Translations under genes and position numbers: made by a program
The notes under the pieces: model-generated
Told to the model about the DNA's origin: nothing
The model's database searches: none
The model's input: the letters and a program-made list of their open reading frames with translations, nothing else
NCBI GenBank assembly: GCA_963765495.1
Contig: CAVXWP010000006.1
Coordinates: forward strand, 128,001-192,000
Length of the DNA: 64,000 nt
Direction of reading: 5' to 3'
Source: Blastocatellia bacterium
GTDB lineage: Bacteria; Acidobacteriota; Blastocatellia; UBA7656
Part shown: positions 1 through 10,882 of the stretch, in pieces
Numbering within the stretch: position 1 is the first letter of the stretch
Layout: every line of letters begins with the position of its first letter

Positions 1-62
1 TGCTCGAGTCTTCACGGTAATCTTTCTCGGCCTATTTGTGTTTTCCCTAAAGAAGACCGGCT

Positions 63-1565
63 TCAATCGTCCATCTTTGCCAATGCGTCAAAGGTCGGTT
101 TCAACGCGGGGTAGAGGCCGCGATAGTTTTGATAGAGTTCGTTGTATGTTCCACTCGCCTGCGTATCGGGCAAGACGCGGCTCTCAACTCGGATAGCCGA
201 CTGGCAGGCCGCATCCGTATCGGGCCATGATTTGTTTGCGACTCCTGCAAGCAGCGCCGCGCCGTAGGCGGCCCCTTCCGTGGTATTGACCGTGACCAGT
301 TCCGTACCCAGAACATCGGCAATAATCTGCTGCCACACCCGGCTTTTCGCTCCACCGCCCGAAACGCGCACCTGCTCTATCTGACCGAGTCCTGCGCCTT
401 GTATCAACTCGAATCCGTCTTTCAATCCGAAGGCTACCCCTTCAAGCACGGCGCGAGTCAGGTGAGCGCGCCTGTGTCTTACGGTCAATCCTACCCACGC
501 GCCTCGCGCAAGAGGATCGGGGTGAGGCGTTCGCTCTCCGCTCAGGTAGGGCAGAAAGAGCAGGCCCTCGCTTCCGGGCGAAACCTCGGCCGTCTCTTCG
601 ACAAGTTCATCAAAAGAGGTTTGCGGAAAGAGCGTGTCGCGATACCATTGCAGGCTTCCGGCTGCGCTCAGCATGACGCCCATGAAATGCCAGCGCCCCG
701 GCACCGCGTGGCAGAAGGCGTGCAATCGCCCTTCGGGTTGGATCAGAGGCGAATCGGTCGCGGCAAATACCACTCCCGAAGTGCCCAGCACCAGAGAGAC
801 TATCCCCGATTGCACAGCGCCCACGCCGACCGCGCCCGCCGCCTGGTCGCCGCCACCGGCTACGACCGGGGTTCCGATCTTGAGTCCCGTTTCTCGGGCG
901 GCATCCATACTCACCTCGCCCGTTATGTCAGGCCCTTCGTAGGTGGGCGGCAGCCACTCGGTGGGTATGTCTAAGGCCGCGAGCAATTCGGGCGACCAGT
1001 CGCGCTTTTTCAGGTCAAACAGCATAGTGCCTGATCCGTCGGCCTTGTCCATAGCCATAGCGCCGGTCAATCGGTATCGAATGTAATCTTTAGGCAACAG
1101 GACGTGGCGCGCTCGATTAAATATTTCCGGTTCGTGTCTCTGCACCCATAAAATCTTTGGAGCCGTGAATCCTGTCAGCGCATCGTTGCCGCTTGTGCGG
1201 ATCAAATTCTCTTTGCCGAAGCGGGCGCGAATCTCATCACACTCAGCGCCGCACCGCTGATCGTTCCAGAGGATGGCGGGCCGCAGGACCTCTCCATTTT
1301 CGTCGAGCAGAACAAGGCCGTGCATCTGCCCGGTCAGACCGATAGCGGCAATCTGTTCGGCAGGTTTGTTGGCCTGGGCGAGCGCCGCGCGGATGCTTGT
1401 GACGGTCGCCTGCCACCAGTCGCCGGGGTTTTGCTCGGACCATAGCGGGCGCGGTGTTGAAAGCGCCAGAGGGGTGGTGGCGCTCATTACGACGCTGCCT
1501 GTTTCATCTATCAGCAACGCCTTTGCTCCTGTGGTGGAAATGTCTATGCCTAGAAGTAAGCTCAT
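63..1565 (-). CDS. xylB: Xylulokinase (FGGY family)
   Basis: 500 aa; GIDISTT N-terminal motif, GLTGQMHGLVLLD, PAILWNDQR, FLPYLSGERTPH and VSGGGAKS motifs typical of XylB. Confidence 0.92.
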   Translation of the reverse strand: MSLLLGIDISTTGAKALLIDETGSVVMSATTPLALSTPRPLWSEQNPGDWWQATVTSIRAALAQANKPAEQIAAIGLTGQMHGLVLLDENGEVLRPAILWNDQRCGAECDEIRARFGKENLIRTSGNDALTGFTAPKILWVQRHEPEIFNRARHVLLPKDYIRYRLTGAMAMDKADGSGTMLFDLKKRDWSPELLAALDIPTEWLPPTYEGPDITGEVSMDAARETGLKIGTPVVAGGGDQAAGAVGVGAVQSGIVSLVLGTSGVVFAATDSPLIQPEGRLHAFCHAVPGRWHFMGVMLSAAGSLQWYRDTLFPQTSFDELVEETAEVSPGSEGLLFLPYLSGERTPHPDPLARGAWVGLTVRHRRAHLTRAVLEGVAFGLKDGFELIQGAGLGQIEQVRVSGGGAKSRVWQQIIADVLGTELVTVNTTEGAAYGAALLAGVANKSWPDTDAACQSAIRVESRVLPDTQASGTYNELYQNYRGLYPALKPTFDALAKMDD

Positions 1566-1727
1566 ATTTCAATCCGGGGAGTTGAGATTTGAGATTTGAG
1601 ATTTGAAATCACGTATCACGCTTGAATAATGCCCTCTCGACAGGAGTCACGCAATAGCGAGAGAAAAGAATTGAAAGGCGACGAGCAAGTATGCGCGCTC
1701 ATTGTGTTGCTGTTATATTCTTGAATT

Positions 1728-2666
1728 ATGGAACAGATAAAATCTTCTGTCGCACCTCTCATTGATATGGTTCGCCCTACGACCATAATAGAGCCTCTGC
1801 GATTGTCGGACAGGCTGGGCGCAAGAGTTACAATCGCAAGCGAGACGTTTCAGCATACGGGAAGCTTCAAGTTTCGCGCTGCCTATAACCTCGCGTCTCA
1901 AGTCTCCGAGCAGATGATAATCACGGCTTCATCGGGCAACTACGGACAGGCGATGGCGTATGCGTGCAGGCTGTTGGGAAAAGCCTGCATAGTCGTCATG
2001 CCCGACAATTCGGCTCAGGTAAAAGTCGATGCCGTGCGAGAGTTTGGCGCTGAGGTTGACCTGATTGACGTAAAGCAAAAGGGCAGGGCCGAGCGGGTGG
2101 CCGAGCTTTCGCGCAAGCACCCGGAGGCTTATGTGGCAAGCGCCTATGACGACCCGCTTGTGATTGCGGGCAATGCAAGCCTCGGCGCGGAGCTTGCCTC
2201 ACTCAATCGCCGTTTCGATTTCGTCATCGCTCCTATTGGCGGCGGCGGTCTCACATCCGGGATCATTCAGGGTTTTCGCGGGGCGGGCAAAGATGTCTCG
2301 GTAATCGGCGCGGAACCCCTGATGGCCAACGACGCGGCGCGCTCGCTCAGGGCCGGTCACATCGTAGCCAACGACATCGAACCTCAAACGATAGCCGATG
2401 GAGCGCGCACCGTGAGCATAGGCCGTCACAACTGGGAGATAATCGGTCGAGGGATAGAGGGCATAATCGAGGTTCCCGAAGAGAATATTAAAGAAGGAAT
2501 GCGGCTGCTGTTTCAATTGGCCAATCTCAAGGCCGAGCCTACGGGGGCGCTCGCCGTCGGCGCGTTGCTTACAGAGTCTGAAAGGTTTCGAGACCTTTCG
2601 GTTTGTTGCGTTGTAAGCGGCGGAAACGTAGACAGGGAAGTCTATCGAAGCATTCTGGCCGGATGA
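1728..2666 (+). CDS. PLP-dependent threonine/serine dehydratase family enzyme
   Basis: FQHTGSFKFRAA (PLP lysine), ASSGNYGQA, PIGGGGL and VSGGN motifs. Confidence 0.88.
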   Translation: MEQIKSSVAPLIDMVRPTTIIEPLRLSDRLGARVTIASETFQHTGSFKFRAAYNLASQVSEQMIITASSGNYGQAMAYACRLLGKACIVVMPDNSAQVKVDAVREFGAEVDLIDVKQKGRAERVAELSRKHPEAYVASAYDDPLVIAGNASLGAELASLNRRFDFVIAPIGGGGLTSGIIQGFRGAGKDVSVIGAEPLMANDAARSLRAGHIVANDIEPQTIADGARTVSIGRHNWEIIGRGIEGIIEVPEENIKEGMRLLFQLANLKAEPTGALAVGALLTESERFRDLSVCCVVSGGNVDREVYRSILAG

Positions 2667-2686
2667 GAGCCGGACCCATTAAGAAT

Positions 2687-2726
2687 AAAAAAAGGCCTGG
2701 CGTGAGAGGAGGAGCATCGCCAGGCC
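2687..2726 (-). terminator. Intrinsic terminator of the 2765-3028 gene
   Basis: 9-bp stem GGCCTGGCG/CGCCAGGCC followed by a T7 run on the minus strand. Confidence 0.75.
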
Positions 2727-2764
2727 AAAGTAAACTCAGTGCGCAGGTTTTAAGGTCGTTAACG

Positions 2765-3028
2765 CTATTTAGGTGCGTTCTTTAGACACTCAGAGTGTTC
2801 TTTTTTAGCCGCCGTCAAGGCTGCTGAACGGTCCTTACCCTTTTTGGTCTTCGCTTCCTTTACAGCCGCCGTATAGTCTTCATTGCATTTCTTCACGGCA
2901 GCAGTGTGTTCAGGGGTGGGCTTCATCTTTTTGGACATTGTCTTTTGCGTAGCCGCCAGCGTCAGAGGCGATGCCAAAAATAGAGCCATTGCGATTGATA
3001 ATGCTGTGTTCGTAATCGTGCGCTTCAT
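2765..3028 (-). CDS. Small secreted Lys/Ala-rich protein with two Cys (PsiF-like)
   Basis: Signal peptide MKRTITNTALSIAMALFLASPLTLA; KKCNE...SECLK; GGAG SD, sigma54-like promoter upstream and terminator downstream. Confidence 0.7.
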   Translation of the reverse strand: MKRTITNTALSIAMALFLASPLTLAATQKTMSKKMKPTPEHTAAVKKCNEDYTAAVKEAKTKKGKDRSAALTAAKKEHSECLKNAPK

Positions 3029-3092
3029 CTTCTACTCCATTCCCAATAAATTCACTCTAGTTGGTACAGGGTTTCTGTACGTGATTGGCAGG

Positions 3093-3108
3093 AGCAAGCA
3101 TCGGACCA
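3093..3108 (-). promoter_or_regulatory. Putative sigma54 -24/-12 promoter
   Basis: Minus strand TGGTCCGATGCTTGCT: GG-N10-GC with TTGC. Confidence 0.5.
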
Positions 3109-3184
3109 AAGGTTTATCTGTTTGTCGGGCGCGTCAAAGCGTTGAAAACTATGGATAAAGCCCGTGAGGCGGGCAAGCGGGGCA

Positions 3185-3223
3185 AAATAAAAGGGCGCTG
3201 ACCTGTGGCAATCTGGTCAGCGC
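3185..3223 (-). terminator. Intrinsic terminator downstream of the 3377-3760 gene
   Basis: Stem GGCGCTGACC/GGTCAGCGCC followed by a T-rich tail on the minus strand. Confidence 0.65.
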
Positions 3224-3244
3224 CTGCAATTCAGCCACACCGGA

Positions 3245-3362
3245 GCGTGATGCGTGATACGTGATGCGTGATGCATTACTTTCAGCGAGGCCGCCTGCTT
3301 TAGATAATTCGCCCGTCAACCGAATCACGGGTCACGGATCACGCATCACATATCGCATCACA
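3245..3362. repeat. Inverted pair of heptamer tandem arrays (GCGTGAT)n...(ATCACGN)n
   Basis: gcgtgat gcgtgat acgtgat gcgtgat ... atcacgg gtcacgg atcacgc atcacat. Confidence 0.85.
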
Positions 3363-3376
3363 GATCGCTTCAGGCA

Positions 3377-3760
3377 TCAGAATATTCTGCGTTTTTCGGT
3401 CCGATTCTTATAAAGCCATATTCCGGTTGCCGCGCCTGCGCCTACTAAAGCGCCGATCACTGCTCCCTTCTTTCCCTTGACGACGCCACCGGTCAAAGCG
3501 CCCGCGCCCGCGCCTATGCCAATGACCGTTGCAGCGCCGGCCGGGCCTTCCATCCATCTGTGCTTGTACTGGTAATTCACTATGCCGGGACCGTCGAAAA
3601 GGGTTATGGCTCTGTCGCCAAATTGGATTCCATTCTTTCCTCTCCTGATATACCTCCCGGAATTCGATTCATCCCTGCGATTCTGCGCCAGGGAAGCGGC
3701 AGGCATCGCGATTGTGAACAGCGTAAGGAGTAAACAGATACAGACCAGCTTTTTTCGCAT
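3377..3760 (-). CDS. Secreted/membrane glycine-zipper protein
   Basis: Signal peptide; GIGAGAGALTGG...GAVIGALVGAGAATG glycine zipper; strong SD. Confidence 0.7.
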   Translation of the reverse strand: MRKKLVCICLLLTLFTIAMPAASLAQNRRDESNSGRYIRRGKNGIQFGDRAITLFDGPGIVNYQYKHRWMEGPAGAATVIGIGAGAGALTGGVVKGKKGAVIGALVGAGAATGIWLYKNRTEKRRIF

Positions 3761-3908
3761 TTCCTTTCCTCCAGATATTTGGTGAGCGGTTCGTGTGTGG
3801 GCCGAAGCCTGGAACGATTTTTTTGCGCTCGGCCATCGGCGGGATGCGCGCCGGGCAGGTTCAGGTTGCCTGTCCCGCCCGACTTTTTTTAGGAAGGGGA
3901 GGTAAAGC

Positions 3909-4661
3909 CTATCTGTTACGGTTTCGCCAGGAGGCTCCGAGATAATCTCTGTTCAAGCGACCTATGAAATCAAGGCTGATCTCTTTCGGGCAAACGGCCT
4001 CGCACGCGCCCGTAACAGAACAATTCCCAAAGCCTTCATCGTCCATAGCCTTGACCATGCCGAGCACGCGGAGGTCTTTTTCGGGCTTGCCTTGCGGCAG
4101 TATGTTCAGGTGCGAGGCCTTTGCCGCCACAAACAGCATTGCCGAGGCGTTCTTGCAGGCGGCAACGCACGCGCCGCAGCCAATACAGGCAGCCGCGTCC
4201 ATAGCCAGGTCGGCATCCACTTTCCCGACGGGGATTGTGTTTGCGTCGGGCGTGCCTCCGGTGGATACGGAGATAAACCCGCCCGCCTGAATCACGCGGT
4301 CAAACGCGCCGCGATTCACTACCAGGTCTTTGATGACGGGAAAGGGTTTTGCCCGCCACGGCTCGATCACCAGCGTATCTCCGTCTTTGAAACTTCGCAT
4401 GTGCAACTGACAGGTAGTCGTAGCGCCAAGCGGGCCGTGCGCCACCCCGTTTATCATCACGCCGCACGTTCCGCATATGCCTTCGCGGCAATCGTGATCA
4501 AAGGCTACGGGGTCTTCGCCGCGTTCGGTCAGCTCTTCATTGACCACGTCGAGCATCTCAAGGAAAGACATTTCCGGTATGATGTTTTTGGCTTTATATT
4601 CTACGAAGCGGCCCGGCGTGCTCGCGTTCTTCTGCCGCCAGATGCGTAAGGTCAGCTCCAT
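3909..4661 (-). CDS. sdhB: Succinate dehydrogenase/fumarate reductase iron-sulfur subunit (operon 1)
   Basis: [21 protein letters not shown] and [12 protein letters not shown] Fe-S motifs. Confidence 0.95.
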   Translation of the reverse strand: MELTLRIWRQKNASTPGRFVEYKAKNIIPEMSFLEMLDVVNEELTERGEDPVAFDHDCREGICGTCGVMINGVAHGPLGATTTCQLHMRSFKDGDTLVIEPWRAKPFPVIKDLVVNRGAFDRVIQAGGFISVSTGGTPDANTIPVGKVDADLAMDAAACIGCGACVAACKNASAMLFVAAKASHLNILPQGKPEKDLRVLGMVKAMDDEGFGNCSVTGACEAVCPKEISLDFIGRLNRDYLGASWRNRNR

Positions 4662-6574
4662 TATTTATAACTCCTTGTGGACATGTGGACTTCTTCGTAT
4701 TCAAGCGGTTCTTTGTGCAAAACGGGAGGATTATCTACACCCTGATACTCCCACGCGGCGACAAAAGAGAACTCTTCGTCATTGCGTTTGGCCTCACCGT
4801 CCGGCGTTTGATGCTCTTCGCGGAAATGGCCTCCGCAGGACTCGTCCCGCATAAGCGCATCGGTCGCGAGCAGTTCGGCAAATTCCAGGAAGTCTGCCAC
4901 GCGGCCCGCCTGCTCAAGCGCCGGGTTCAGTTCCTTATCCTCGCCCAGGATGTTTACATTCTCCCAGAATTCCTGTCTGAGCGCGGGAATCTGTTTCAGG
5001 ACTTCCTTTAATCCGGCCTCGTTTCGAGCCATCCCGACCTTTTCCCACATCAGTTTGCCAAGCTCGCGGTGAAAATCCGTGACTGTGCGCTTGCCCTTGA
5101 TCGAAAGAAATTTTCTGGTGCGCTCGGCCACCGTATCGGTTACCGCCTTGAATTCAGGATTATCCGCCGAGGGTTTGGGCTGTTTTGCGGATGCGAAGTA
5201 ATCGCCTATCGTGTAGGGCAGGATAAAATAGCCGTCGGCCAGTCCCTGCATCAATGCGCTCGCGCCCAGGCGATTCGCGCCGTGATCTGAAAAATTGGCT
5301 TCGCCTATAACGAAAAGGCCCGGCAGGTTGCTCATCAGATTGTAATCCACCCACAGCCCGCCCATCGTGTAGTGAATCGCCGGATAGATGCGCATAGGTA
5401 CTTTGTAAGCGTCTTCGGCCGTGATGCGTTCATACATTTCAAACAGGTTGCCGTAACGCTCGCGGATCACGTCTTCGCCCAGTCTCTTAATGGCGTCGGC
5501 GAAATCGAGATAGACGCCCCGGCCACCCGGCCCCACTCCCCGGCCTTCGTCGCAGACTTCCTTTGCGGAACGAGATGCGATGTCGCGCGGGGCGAGGTTG
5601 CCAAAGCTCGGATACTTTCTTTCGAGATAATAGTCGCGCTCGGCATCGGGAATCTGATTTGGAGGGCGCGTGTCTCCCTTCTTTTTCGGGACCCAGACGC
5701 GACCGTCGTTGCGAAGCGATTCCGACATCAATGTGAGCTTCGATTGATGATCGCCGCTTACGGGGATGCAGGTCGGGTGAATCTGCGTGTAGCAGGGGTT
5801 GGCAAAAAACGCGCCCTTCTTATATGCGCGATAGGCGGCCGTGACATTGCACCCCTTGGCATTGGTCGAAAGGAAATAGACGTTGCCGTACCCGCCCGTG
5901 GCAAGGACGACGGCATCGCCCGCGTGCGAAGCGATCTCGCCCGTAACGAGGTCGCGTGTGACTATGCCTTTTGCGTGGCCGTCGATGACGACGAGGTCGA
6001 GCATTTCGGTGCGCGGGTACATCTTCACCTTGCCGAGGCCGACCTGTCTTTCCAGCGCCTGATACGCGCCAAGCAATAATTGCTGACCCGTCTGTCCGCG
6101 CGCGTAAAAGGTTCGTGACACCTGCGCGCCGCCAAACGAGCGATTGGCAAGCAATCCGCCGTATTCGCGGGCAAAAGGGACTCCCTGAGCCACGCACTGA
6201 TCTATGATGTTCACGCTGACTTCGGCCAGACGATAGACGTTTGCCTCGCGCGAGCGGAAGTCGCCGCCTTTGATCGTGTCATAGAACAGGCGATAGACGC
6301 TGTCGCCGTCGTTTTGATAATTCTTGGCTGCGTTTATGCCGCCCTGCGCGGCTATCGAGTGCGCGCGCCGTGGGCTGTCTTGAAAGCAGAAGCATTTGAC
6401 GTTGTAGCCGAGTTCGGCAAGCGTGGCCGCGGCCGATGCGCCTGCAAGCCCTGAGCCTACGATTATCACGTCAAACTTGCGTTTGTTAGCCGGATTGACC
6501 AGCTTTATGTTCTGGCGATGCCTGCTCCATTTTTCCTGGACCGGGCCGGAAGGTATCTTGGAATCTAGTGTCAT
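4661..6574 (-). CDS. sdhA: Succinate dehydrogenase/fumarate reductase flavoprotein (operon 1, Bacteroidota/Actinobacteria-like type)
   Basis: [32 protein letters not shown] and [11 protein letters not shown] motifs. Confidence 0.95.
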   Translation of the reverse strand: MTLDSKIPSGPVQEKWSRHRQNIKLVNPANKRKFDVIIVGSGLAGASAAATLAELGYNVKCFCFQDSPRRAHSIAAQGGINAAKNYQNDGDSVYRLFYDTIKGGDFRSREANVYRLAEVSVNIIDQCVAQGVPFAREYGGLLANRSFGGAQVSRTFYARGQTGQQLLLGAYQALERQVGLGKVKMYPRTEMLDLVVIDGHAKGIVTRDLVTGEIASHAGDAVVLATGGYGNVYFLSTNAKGCNVTAAYRAYKKGAFFANPCYTQIHPTCIPVSGDHQSKLTLMSESLRNDGRVWVPKKKGDTRPPNQIPDAERDYYLERKYPSFGNLAPRDIASRSAKEVCDEGRGVGPGGRGVYLDFADAIKRLGEDVIRERYGNLFEMYERITAEDAYKVPMRIYPAIHYTMGGLWVDYNLMSNLPGLFVIGEANFSDHGANRLGASALMQGLADGYFILPYTIGDYFASAKQPKPSADNPEFKAVTDTVAERTRKFLSIKGKRTVTDFHRELGKLMWEKVGMARNEAGLKEVLKQIPALRQEFWENVNILGEDKELNPALEQAGRVADFLEFAELLATDALMRDESCGGHFREEHQTPDGEAKRNDEEFSFVAAWEYQGVDNPPVLHKEPLEYEEVHMSTRSYK

Positions 6575-6592
6575 GCTTATACCCGATTCGAG

Positions 6593-7315
6593 TTATTTGA
6601 CCAGCCCCGTCAAGACGGCCAGAGGGATGATCGAATTGCCTATAAAAATAATCAACGCGCTGATCTGGGCAAACCGTTTTATGACCGGCTCCCAGGCTTT
6701 ATTCCTGAGCCCCACGGATTGAAACATGCTCGTGAGCCCGTGACTCAGATGCAGACAAAGCAGCGCCATCGAAACTATGTAAAACGCAGAGACCCAGATG
6801 TTGGAAAATCCCTGAATCACCATGCGGTAAACATCGTGGCGTTCAAGTATAGGATCGGTGGCCGCCGCGCCGGAATTGATCGCCGCGTGAACCGGCTCTT
6901 TTAGCTGTAGGAGAGCCGGGTTGATCACGCCTACGGTGAAGTGCAGCAGATGATAAACGATAAAGACCAGCACGATGAGCCCGCTGATAAAGATGGTGCG
7001 CGAGGCGAAGCTTGCGCCCGAAGGTTTTTTCTCTTCGTACCCGATGGGCCGCGCGGCGCGATTCTCTTTCACAAGCAGGACGGCAGAGATGATGTGAAGC
7101 AAGGCTATGACAAACAATCCGAGTCGCGCCGTCCACAACAACCCCGGTTTCGATTTTAAGAACTCCGCGTAATCGTTTAGCGCCTTGGGGCCGATAAATA
7201 CCTGTAAATTGCCCAGCATGTGCACTACCACGAAGGCAAACAGCAAGAGGCCCGTTATGGCCATGACATACTTCTTCCCAAGGGAAGAACGATAGAGATT
7301 GGTTAGGATATTCAT
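6593..7315 (-). CDS. sdhC: Succinate dehydrogenase cytochrome b subunit (single 5-TM di-haem anchor, operon 1)
   Basis: SSLGKKYVMAITG, HMLGNL, HLLHF and HLSHG haem histidines; first gene of the operon. Confidence 0.92.
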   Translation of the reverse strand: MNILTNLYRSSLGKKYVMAITGLLLFAFVVVHMLGNLQVFIGPKALNDYAEFLKSKPGLLWTARLGLFVIALLHIISAVLLVKENRAARPIGYEEKKPSGASFASRTIFISGLIVLVFIVYHLLHFTVGVINPALLQLKEPVHAAINSGAAATDPILERHDVYRMVIQGFSNIWVSAFYIVSMALLCLHLSHGLTSMFQSVGLRNKAWEPVIKRFAQISALIIFIGNSIIPLAVLTGLVK

Positions 7316-7417
7316 GAACGATCCCTTATAAGCCTGAGTTTGGGCAAACCGGCGACGCCCTGAAAATCAAAGGCCCGATGATGATAAAGCGAAACTGGAC
7401 CGGGCTTGGAATCTCGC

Positions 7418-7447
7418 ACTTTAATGATCCGTACTGGGCTGCGTCAA
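7418..7447 (-). promoter_or_regulatory. Putative sigma70 promoter of sdhCAB operon 1
   Basis: TTGACG-18 bp-TAAAGT on the minus strand. Confidence 0.45.
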
Positions 7448-7876
7448 GTCTCATAATTCACTTTTTCGATCCGGCAACTATCCAAAGCAGTCCCGAACCC
7501 CTCGATATTTAACGATAACTTTCTTCAATGAATAAGTAAAATTCAAAAAAATTATGCGAAACATAAGATCGACTTTATTTGCTCTCTCTCTTCTTCAAAA
7601 ATAGAATGGCCAAATATTACAGACATCATCCTTTGCAGAAAACTCGGTTGCCCCGGAGATACACCCGGGAATCCGGTTCAGGTAAAGAGTCTATTCATAC
7701 AAACCAAAAAGATGTACACTCAATCCGCAGTGCCAATAATGACGGTGGTTTACAAGTGGGGCATCCTGATGCTACCCTCTTCTATGCAAAACGGGCTTGT
7801 GAGGTAAATAACGAAAAGGTCCGACTTGAAGAAGGGCAATCGCGCGGTTTTGTCTTATTATAAAAAGAGGCTCATT

Positions 7877-10231
7877 ATGGCCGCTCATAAGAAAGAAGTA
7901 TCCTCAACCCTCACCACCGAACCTCCCTTGATCCTTCTGGTCAACGATAATCTCTTACAACTCGACGCCATGAAGCTGCTCCTGAATCAGGAAGGGTATA
8001 GTGTGCGCACGGCCGTCAATGCCGAAGAGGCTCAGGATATGTTAAGTCGGATTTCACCGGACCTGATCATAAGCGATGTGGTGATGCCGGGGATGACGGG
8101 CATAGAGCTGTGTCGCCGGATCAAATCAAATCCGGCGCTGGCCGACGTGCCGATATTGCTTGTAACGGGGTTGCGTTACGACGATGCCGGCATAAGCGAA
8201 GGGTTTGAGGCGGGGGCGACCGATTATCTCGAAATTGACGGCCCGATAACGCTCTTTTGCAGGAAGGTTCAAAATCTGGTCAAACAGCGAAGGGAACACC
8301 TCGCTCGAATGCGCGTCGAAGAGTCGCTCAGAGAAAGCGAACAGCGATTCGAATTATTCATGCAGAACCTGCCGGGCGTGGCCTTTATAAAGGATTCCGA
8401 AAGTCGTCTCGTTTATGTAAACAAGACTTTTGAATCCCTGTTCAACCTTACGCGCGACCAGTGGAGCGGCAAATCCGATGATGAGTTATGGTCGCCCGAA
8501 ATCGCGGCGCAGTTTCAAGAATCAGACCGAAGGGTGTTCGAAAGCAATAAGTCTCTGGAAATAGTTGAAACGCTCCCTCACAAGGATGGGCTACATTACT
8601 GGTTGAGCACGAAATTCCCGATTCTGGAAAGCGAAGAAGGCGTAAGCCTCCTGGGCGGCATTTCTATAGACATCACCAATCGCAAACAGGTTGAGGAAGA
8701 GCTTAGAAAGAGCGAGCAGCAGCTTGCGCAGGCGCAGAAGATTGCGCATCTGGGCAGTTGGGACTGGGATTTAGTCACAAAGGAAGTCGGGTGGTCCGAT
8801 GAAGTGTTCTTGCTTCTGGGGTTTCGACCGCAATCGGTCGAAATCAACTATGAATTGATCTCGAAGATCTTCCCTCCTGATGAAATGATATTCGCCCGGC
8901 GGATGGTCGAAAAAATACTAAAAGACCATGAGCCGTTCAGTTATGAATCGAAAATCTCTCGATTGGATGGTCCCGACCTTATACTCCAAATAAGCGGGCA
9001 ACTGGTACGAGACGAGTCGGGCAACCCGGCCCGGCTCCTAGGAACGGTTCAGGACATAACCGAGCGCAAGCAACTGGAAGGGCAGCTGCGGCAGGCGCAA
9101 AAGATGGAGGCGATAGGCCGTCTGGCCGGCGGCATAGCTCACGATTTCAACAACCTGCTGACGGCCATTATCGGCTACAGCCAGCTTGCGCTTACCCGGC
9201 TCGAGCGAAAAGATTTTCCTTACAAAGAGATGGAAGAGATTCAAAAGGCGGGCGAGAGGGCGGCGGCCCTGACAGGCCAGCTTCTCGCATTCAGCCGCAA
9301 GCAGATTCTACAGCCCCGAGTGATTGATCTCAACATAATAGCCTCCGATATGGAGAAGATGATTCGACGGCTGATAGGCGAAGATATCACCGTCATTACA
9401 AATCTCGACCCGACGCCCGGGCGGGTGAGAGTCGATCCCATGCAGATCGAACAGGTGATGATGAATCTTGTGGTCAACGCCAGAGACGCAATGCCCGATG
9501 GCGGCACGATGATAATCGAGACTCAGGTGGTAGACCTTGACGAGGTTTATGCTCGCCATCATCTTGAAGTCAATCCCGGCCGCTACGTTATGCTGGCCGT
9601 CAGCGATACGGGCTGCGGTATGGACGCGGCTACGCTTGCTCGCGTCTTCGAGCCGTTCTTTACTACAAAGGAAAAAGGCAAGGGGACGGGATTGGGGCTT
9701 TCGACCGTTTACGGCATTATCAAGCAGTCGGGCGGCAGCATAATGATCTATAGCGAGCCCGGAAAGGGAAGCACTTTCAAGATATATCTGCCGCAGATAG
9801 ATGCTCCGGTCGAACAGGTGGAAGTTTTGGAGCCGCTGCCTCATCGATCAAGCGGCTCGGAAACCATACTGCTGGTCGAGGATGATGAGACGGTGCGCAC
9901 ACTTACGCGCAGTATTCTTGAGACATCCGGGTACAGCGTGCTCGAAGCTGCGAGCGGTGAGGAGGCCATCGGTATCTGCGATCAGCATTCCTCCTCGATA
10001 GACATGATAATAACCGATGTAGTGATGCCGAAGCTTGGCGGACCCCGGATGATCGAGCAAATAAGAGAGAAATGCCCGAACATGAGGGTGCTCTTTATGT
10101 CGGGATATACCGATAGCGCCTTTGTTCATCACGGGGCGTTTGATCCGGGTACGCCATTTCTTGAGAAGCCATTTACGCCCGTCGCCCTGATCCGAAAAGT
10201 GCGTGAGGTTCTGGATAGAACCTCGGAATAA
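7877..10231 (+). CDS. Hybrid sensor kinase REC-PAS-PAS-HisKA-HATPase-REC (CckA-like), soluble
   Basis: LIISDVVMPGM receiver, PAS/PAC repeats, AGGIAHDFNNLL H-box, PFFTTK/GTGLGL and a C-terminal receiver; start moved to ATG 7877 after GAGG. Confidence 0.92.
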   Translation: MAAHKKEVSSTLTTEPPLILLVNDNLLQLDAMKLLLNQEGYSVRTAVNAEEAQDMLSRISPDLIISDVVMPGMTGIELCRRIKSNPALADVPILLVTGLRYDDAGISEGFEAGATDYLEIDGPITLFCRKVQNLVKQRREHLARMRVEESLRESEQRFELFMQNLPGVAFIKDSESRLVYVNKTFESLFNLTRDQWSGKSDDELWSPEIAAQFQESDRRVFESNKSLEIVETLPHKDGLHYWLSTKFPILESEEGVSLLGGISIDITNRKQVEEELRKSEQQLAQAQKIAHLGSWDWDLVTKEVGWSDEVFLLLGFRPQSVEINYELISKIFPPDEMIFARRMVEKILKDHEPFSYESKISRLDGPDLILQISGQLVRDESGNPARLLGTVQDITERKQLEGQLRQAQKMEAIGRLAGGIAHDFNNLLTAIIGYSQLALTRLERKDFPYKEMEEIQKAGERAAALTGQLLAFSRKQILQPRVIDLNIIASDMEKMIRRLIGEDITVITNLDPTPGRVRVDPMQIEQVMMNLVVNARDAMPDGGTMIIETQVVDLDEVYARHHLEVNPGRYVMLAVSDTGCGMDAATLARVFEPFFTTKEKGKGTGLGLSTVYGIIKQSGGSIMIYSEPGKGSTFKIYLPQIDAPVEQVEVLEPLPHRSSGSETILLVEDDETVRTLTRSILETSGYSVLEAASGEEAIGICDQHSSSIDMIITDVVMPKLGGPRMIEQIREKCPNMRVLFMSGYTDSAFVHHGAFDPGTPFLEKPFTPVALIRKVREVLDRTSE

Positions 10232-10316
10232 CGCTCTCTTCCCAACTATTCATATACCGGCAAGTAAGATGCAGTTCAAATCGGCTCTACTGTAGCCGTA
10301 TCTTTCGGCGAGCGCC

Positions 10317-10332
10317 CGGCATGGGAATTGCT
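10317..10332 (+). promoter_or_regulatory. Putative sigma54 promoter
   Basis: CGGCATGGGAATTGCT fits YGGCAY-N5-TTGCW; 59 bp upstream of ATG 10391. Confidence 0.65.
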
Positions 10333-10390
10333 CGTATTAGATTCTTTATGTACAGCCATAAATATTTTGAGGGGTGAAGAGGGAAAAGCA

Positions 10391-10882
10391 ATGAGCAATG
10401 AAGTGAAAGAGATGACTGATGAAGAGATTCACGGGCGCATTATAGAGCTTGGATTTGGCGGAGATAATCAATGTTTCATGAATTTTTGTGAGAAATTGCG
10501 AGCGGAACTGCCCTCGGGAACCGGCGTCGCCCTGCGCGGCAGCGTGATTACAAACGAGCGATATGCCGACGGGCTGCCGTTTGATGCGGACGGAAAGGGT
10601 ACAAGTGATCTGGATGTAACGCTCATCGGCAAAAAGGCGATGGAGTGTTGGGACAAGGACGAGTTCTATATTCCGGCGCTTCACACAAAGCCTCTGGGCG
10701 ACAAGACGCCGCATATCGCGCCCGCGCTTAATCCGCTCCGCGAACAGTTGCAGCAACTTGCGAAACGCCCGGTAAACTTTCAAGCCACGGCAAACATAAT
10801 CCTGTTCGGGCGAGACGTGTTGTTAAACGAGCCGTATTTTACGATCATCGAGGCGAGCGAAGAGGTAGGTGAAGAGGGGTGA
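10391..10882 (+). CDS. Hypothetical protein with a nucleotidyltransferase-like (Pol beta) GS...DxD motif
   Basis: ALRGSVIT...GTSDLDVTLIG; stop overlaps the next start (GTGA). Confidence 0.6.
   Translation: MSNEVKEMTDEEIHGRIIELGFGGDNQCFMNFCEKLRAELPSGTGVALRGSVITNERYADGLPFDADGKGTSDLDVTLIGKKAMECWDKDEFYIPALHTKPLGDKTPHIAPALNPLREQLQQLAKRPVNFQATANIILFGRDVLLNEPYFTIIEASEEVGEEG

Noticed and set aside
7340-7400. c-di-GMP-I riboswitch suggested by GGCAAACC
   Set aside because: Lacks the GNRA/receptor second hairpin and is on the wrong strand relative to sdhC
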